From contig CP068257.2 of the NCBI GenBank assembly GCA_009914755.4, positions 18,912,001 to 18,976,000 on the forward strand: 64,000 nt of DNA, given 5' to 3'. Within the stretch, counting starts at the first letter, position 1, and every line of letters begins with the position of its first letter. This DNA comes from the human T2T-CHM13v2.0 reference genome, Homo sapiens. The notes under the pieces were generated by a model, which had not been told where the DNA came from, made no database searches, and saw nothing but the letters and a program-made list of their open reading frames with translations. This document shows positions 61,315 through 64,000 of this stretch, one piece after another. The translations under genes were made by a program, and so were the position numbers.

Positions 61315-62120
61315 AAGCTTCAAAAAACAGGCTGACTTTCTTGGTAGGGGCAAATGCAGCTGATGGCTTTAAATTGAAGCCTATGCTCATTTACCATTCT
61401 GAAGTATTTAGGGCCCTTGAGAATTATGCCAAATCTACGCTGCCTATCCTGTAGAAATGGAACAACAAAGCCTGAATGACAGCACGTCTGTTTATAGCCT
61501 GGTTTCCTGAGTATGTTGAGTCCACAGCTGAGACTTAAGCAGCTGAGACTGCTTAGAAAAAAAAAATTATTTCATAATATTACCTCTCATTGACCATGTA
61601 TCAGGTCACCCAAGAGCTCTGATGGAGACGTACAAGGGGATTAATGATGTTTTCATGCCTATTAACACAACATCCATTCTGCAGCCCATGGATCAAAAAG
61701 ACATTTTATATTCGATTATTCTTGTTTAAGAAATACATTTTGTAAGATTATAGCTGCCACAGATACTGATTCCTCTGATGGATCTGGGAAAAGTAAATTG
61801 AAAACCTCCTGGACAGAATTTATCATTGTAGATGCCTTTAATTGTAATTATGTAATTACAATTGTAATTACATTTGTAATTCATGGGAGGAAGTCAAAAT
61901 ATCTACATTAACAGGCATTTGGAAGAAGTTGACTCCAGCCTTCGCTGATGACTTTGAGGGATCAGGACTTCAAGGGAAGACAAAACTACATATGTGGCAG
62001 AAATAGCAAGTTAGTTAGAATCAGAGGTGAAGCCTAAAGATGTGACTGAATTGCTTAAATCTAATGATAACCTTGAATGAATGAGAAGTTCTTTTTATAG
62101 ATGATCAAAGAAAGTTGCTT

Positions 62121-62426
62121 TTATTTTTTTTCATTGTTTAGGACAGGGTGTTGCTGTCACCCAGGCTACTGTGCAGTGGCAAGACATAGCTCATTGCAGC
62201 CTAGAACTCCTGAACTTAAACAATCCTTCCACCTCAACCTTCCAAGTGGCTGGGCCTACATGTATGCACCACAATACCCAGCTAACTTTTCTTATTATTA
62301 TTACTCTTAGTTTGTAGAAACAGGGACCCACTGTGTTGCCCAGTCTGGTCTCAAATTCCTGGCTTTAAGTAATCTGCCTCAGCCTCCCAAAGGGCTGGGA
62401 TTAAAGATGTGAGCCGCCACACCCAG
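62121..62426 (-). mobile_element. Alu SINE (older subfamily, reverse orientation) nested in Tigger1
   Basis: ttttattttttttcattgtttaggacagggtgttgctgtcacccaggctactgtgcagtggcaagacatagctcattgcagcc...ggattaaagatgtgagccgccacacccagg. It interrupts the Tigger1 transposase frame between ..DDQRKL and ..VFEMEF. Confidence 0.85.
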
Positions 62427-62826
62427 GTAGAGAATTGGTTTTTGAGATGGAATTTACTCCTGATGAAGATGCTCTAAATATTGATGAAATTACAACAAAG
62501 AATTTAAAATTTTATTTCAACTTAGTTGTTAAAAAAGTAGCAGGGTTTGGCAGGGTTGAATCCAATGCTGAAATAATTTCTACTGTGAGGAAAATGATAT
62601 CAAAAACAGCATCATATTCTACAGAGGAATCTTTCCTGAAAGGAAGATTCAGTCCAGCAAACTTCATGACTGTCTTATTTTAAGTAATTGCCACAGCTAC
62701 CTCAATTCTCAGTATCCACAGCCCTGATCAGTTAGGAGCCATTAACATCAAGGACAAGACTCTCCGTCGAAAAAATATTACAACTCACTGCACGCTCAGA
62801 TAATTGTTAGCATTTATTTTCAACAA

Positions 62827-63100
62827 TTTTTTTTTTTTTTTGAGACGGAGTCTTGCTCTGTCATCAAGCTGGAGTCCACTGGTGTGATCTCAGCTCACTG
62901 CAACCTCCACCTCTTGGGTTAAAGGATTCTCCTGCCTCAGCTTCCCGAGTAGCTGGGAGTACAGGCACGTGCCACCATGCCCAGCTAATTTTTTTGTATT
63001 TTTATTAGAGACAGGGTTTCACCATGTTGGCCAGGATGGTCTCGATCTCCTGATCTCATAATTCGCCTGCCTTGGCCTCCCAAAGTGCTGGGATTACAGG
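62827..63100 (-). mobile_element. Alu SINE (reverse orientation, 5'-truncated) nested in Tigger1 3' region
   Basis: T16 then gagacggagtcttgctctgtcatcaagctggagtccactggtgtgatctcagctcactgcaacctccacctc...cttggcctcccaaagtgctgggattacagg. Confidence 0.88.
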
Positions 63101-63867
63101 CAAACAAAATATTTTTAAATTAACGTATATTCATTGCTTTTGTAAGACATAATGCTATGGGACACTTGATGGACTATAATATAGCATAAACATAACGTTT
63201 ATATGGACTGGAAAACTGAGAAGTTTATGTGACTTACTTTATTGCAATGTTTACTTTATTGCTGTGGTCTGGAACTGAACCTGCAATATCTCTTAGGTAT
63301 TTCTGTAATTTTATAATTACAGTATTTCCTTTTTTCTCCCTTTATCCTACTCATAGATGCCTGCCTTATATTGTTTATGTATTCAAGGCCCATAAATAAT
63401 TTATTTTCCCATCAAATGTTATACATTTTATAGAAAAAAAAGAATGTAGAAACTAAACAAGTATGTTAAAACTGTTAAAAAATAAGATTTAGTTTTTTCA
63501 GGCATGTTTTATCATTTTAGAGAAATCAGTTCTGAGCAACATATACCAGATAGTTTCATATTATAAGGGGAGTAGATACACACACATACATATGTATATA
63601 TACACATATATATTTACACATACATATATGCATGTATATATATAAACAAATTAAGGTATATAACATATATTTTAAATTTTTCCCTTGTTAACTTAAATTT
63701 CAATATTTCTTCAGTGTTGTCAAATATTAAACCACAGTAATTTTTATATTAATCACTCAAGTAGAGATAATGTAAAGAAATAGAAGATTTGAAAGACATT
63801 CATGAAGAGAGGGAGAGGGAAGAAGCTTGCCCTACAAGATATTGGGAAATTGTATATCTATAGTATC

Positions 63868-64000
63868 TGATATGGTTTGACTCTGTGCCCCTGCCCAAAT
63901 CTCATCTCCAGTTGTAATCCTCACATGTCAAGAGAGGAAGGTGATTGGATCATGGGGGCACTTTACCCCATGCTGTTCTCGTGATAGTGAGTGAGTTCTC
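63868..64000 (+). mobile_element. THE1/MST-family (MaLR) LTR 5' end, continuing beyond the window
   Basis: tgatatggtttgactctgtgcccctgcccaaatctcatctccagttgtaatcctcacatgtcaagagaggaaggtgattggatcatgggggcactttaccccatgctgttctcgtgatagtgagtgagttctc matches the canonical THE1/MST start tgatatggtttggctgtgtccccacccaaatctcatcttgaattgtagctcccataattcccacgtgttgtgggagggacccggtgggaggtaattgaatcatgggggcgggtctttcccgtgctgttctcgtgatagtgaataagtctcacgag. Confidence 0.8.

Larger units (their letters stand above)
54488..63305 (+). mobile_element. Tigger1 (pogo/Tc1-mariner superfamily) DNA transposon, essentially full-length (~2.45 kb of Tigger sequence). It is interrupted by one L1 and two Alus, and flanked by a TA TSD.
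   Basis: 5' end caggcaaaccttgttatattgcacttcc... and 3' end ...tttattgctgtggtctggaactgaacctgcaatatctcttaggtatttctg match the Tigger1 terminal inverted repeats as I recall them. Transposase-derived frames are recognisable on both sides of the L1 and continue as one reading frame when the L1 and the first Alu are removed: ..KKYYFREYIKNKQNSFIADIKKVQVIWVDDQTT.. and ..[11 protein letters not shown].. before the L1, ..[58 protein letters not shown].. after the L1, and ..MVFEMEFTPDEDALNIDEITTKNLKFYFNLV.. after the first Alu. The final ~200 bp match the Tigger1 3' UTR. Confidence 0.8.

Noticed and set aside
62435-62683. 82-codon ORF MVFEMEFTPDEDALNIDEITTKNLKFYFNLVVKKVAGFGRV..., a possible domesticated transposase.
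   Set aside because: It is the Tigger1 transposase C-terminal remnant. The upstream catalytic region is frameshifted and interrupted by an L1 and an Alu, so there is no intact gene.

Overview
This window reads as primate (human-like) intergenic DNA that is AT-rich, CpG-depleted and dominated by interspersed repeats. I could not support any protein-coding exon, RNA gene, CRISPR array or operon-like system from the sequence. Every sizeable ORF in the supplied track falls inside an Alu, L1, Tigger1 or a low-complexity simple repeat. All calls below are from reading the sequence by eye; family names and boundaries (about ±10 bp) need RepeatMasker/Dfam to confirm.

Recognisable content:
- about 19 Alu copies or fragments, several with clear target-site duplications (TSDs);
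- a 4.9-kb old L1 on the + strand (ORF1-ORF2-3' end) carrying a nested Alu;
- three further L1 3'-end fragments, one of them young and L1PA-like with a TSD;
- an LTR12 (HERV9 LTR) fragment with a nested AluY-like element;
- a complete Tigger1 DNA transposon (54488-63305, TA TSD) interrupted by a 5.8-kb full-length old L1 with a 13-bp TSD, plus two Alus;
- a MADE1 MITE, three MIRs, ERV LTR fragments, and a THE1/MST LTR running off the 3' end of the window.

The most unusual locus is at 35.7-39.3 kb. A 2.9-kb compound (TA)n/(CA)n minisatellite is built on a recurring ACCCGGGAGTGGGT core. It contains an internal inverted block of about 275 bp bounded by GGGAGCAG microhomology and a 14-2-14 palindrome. 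The whole 3.2-kb interior is flanked by an 80-bp inverted repeat of about 92% identity, whose left arm was later split by an Alu insertion. A short LTR12-like fragment and a palindromic AT-rich tract sit at the right edge.

Smaller observations are a palindromic rearrangement inside an L1 3' end, three short CpG-retaining unique blocks that could be conserved non-coding elements, and a rearranged ORF2 in the nested L1.
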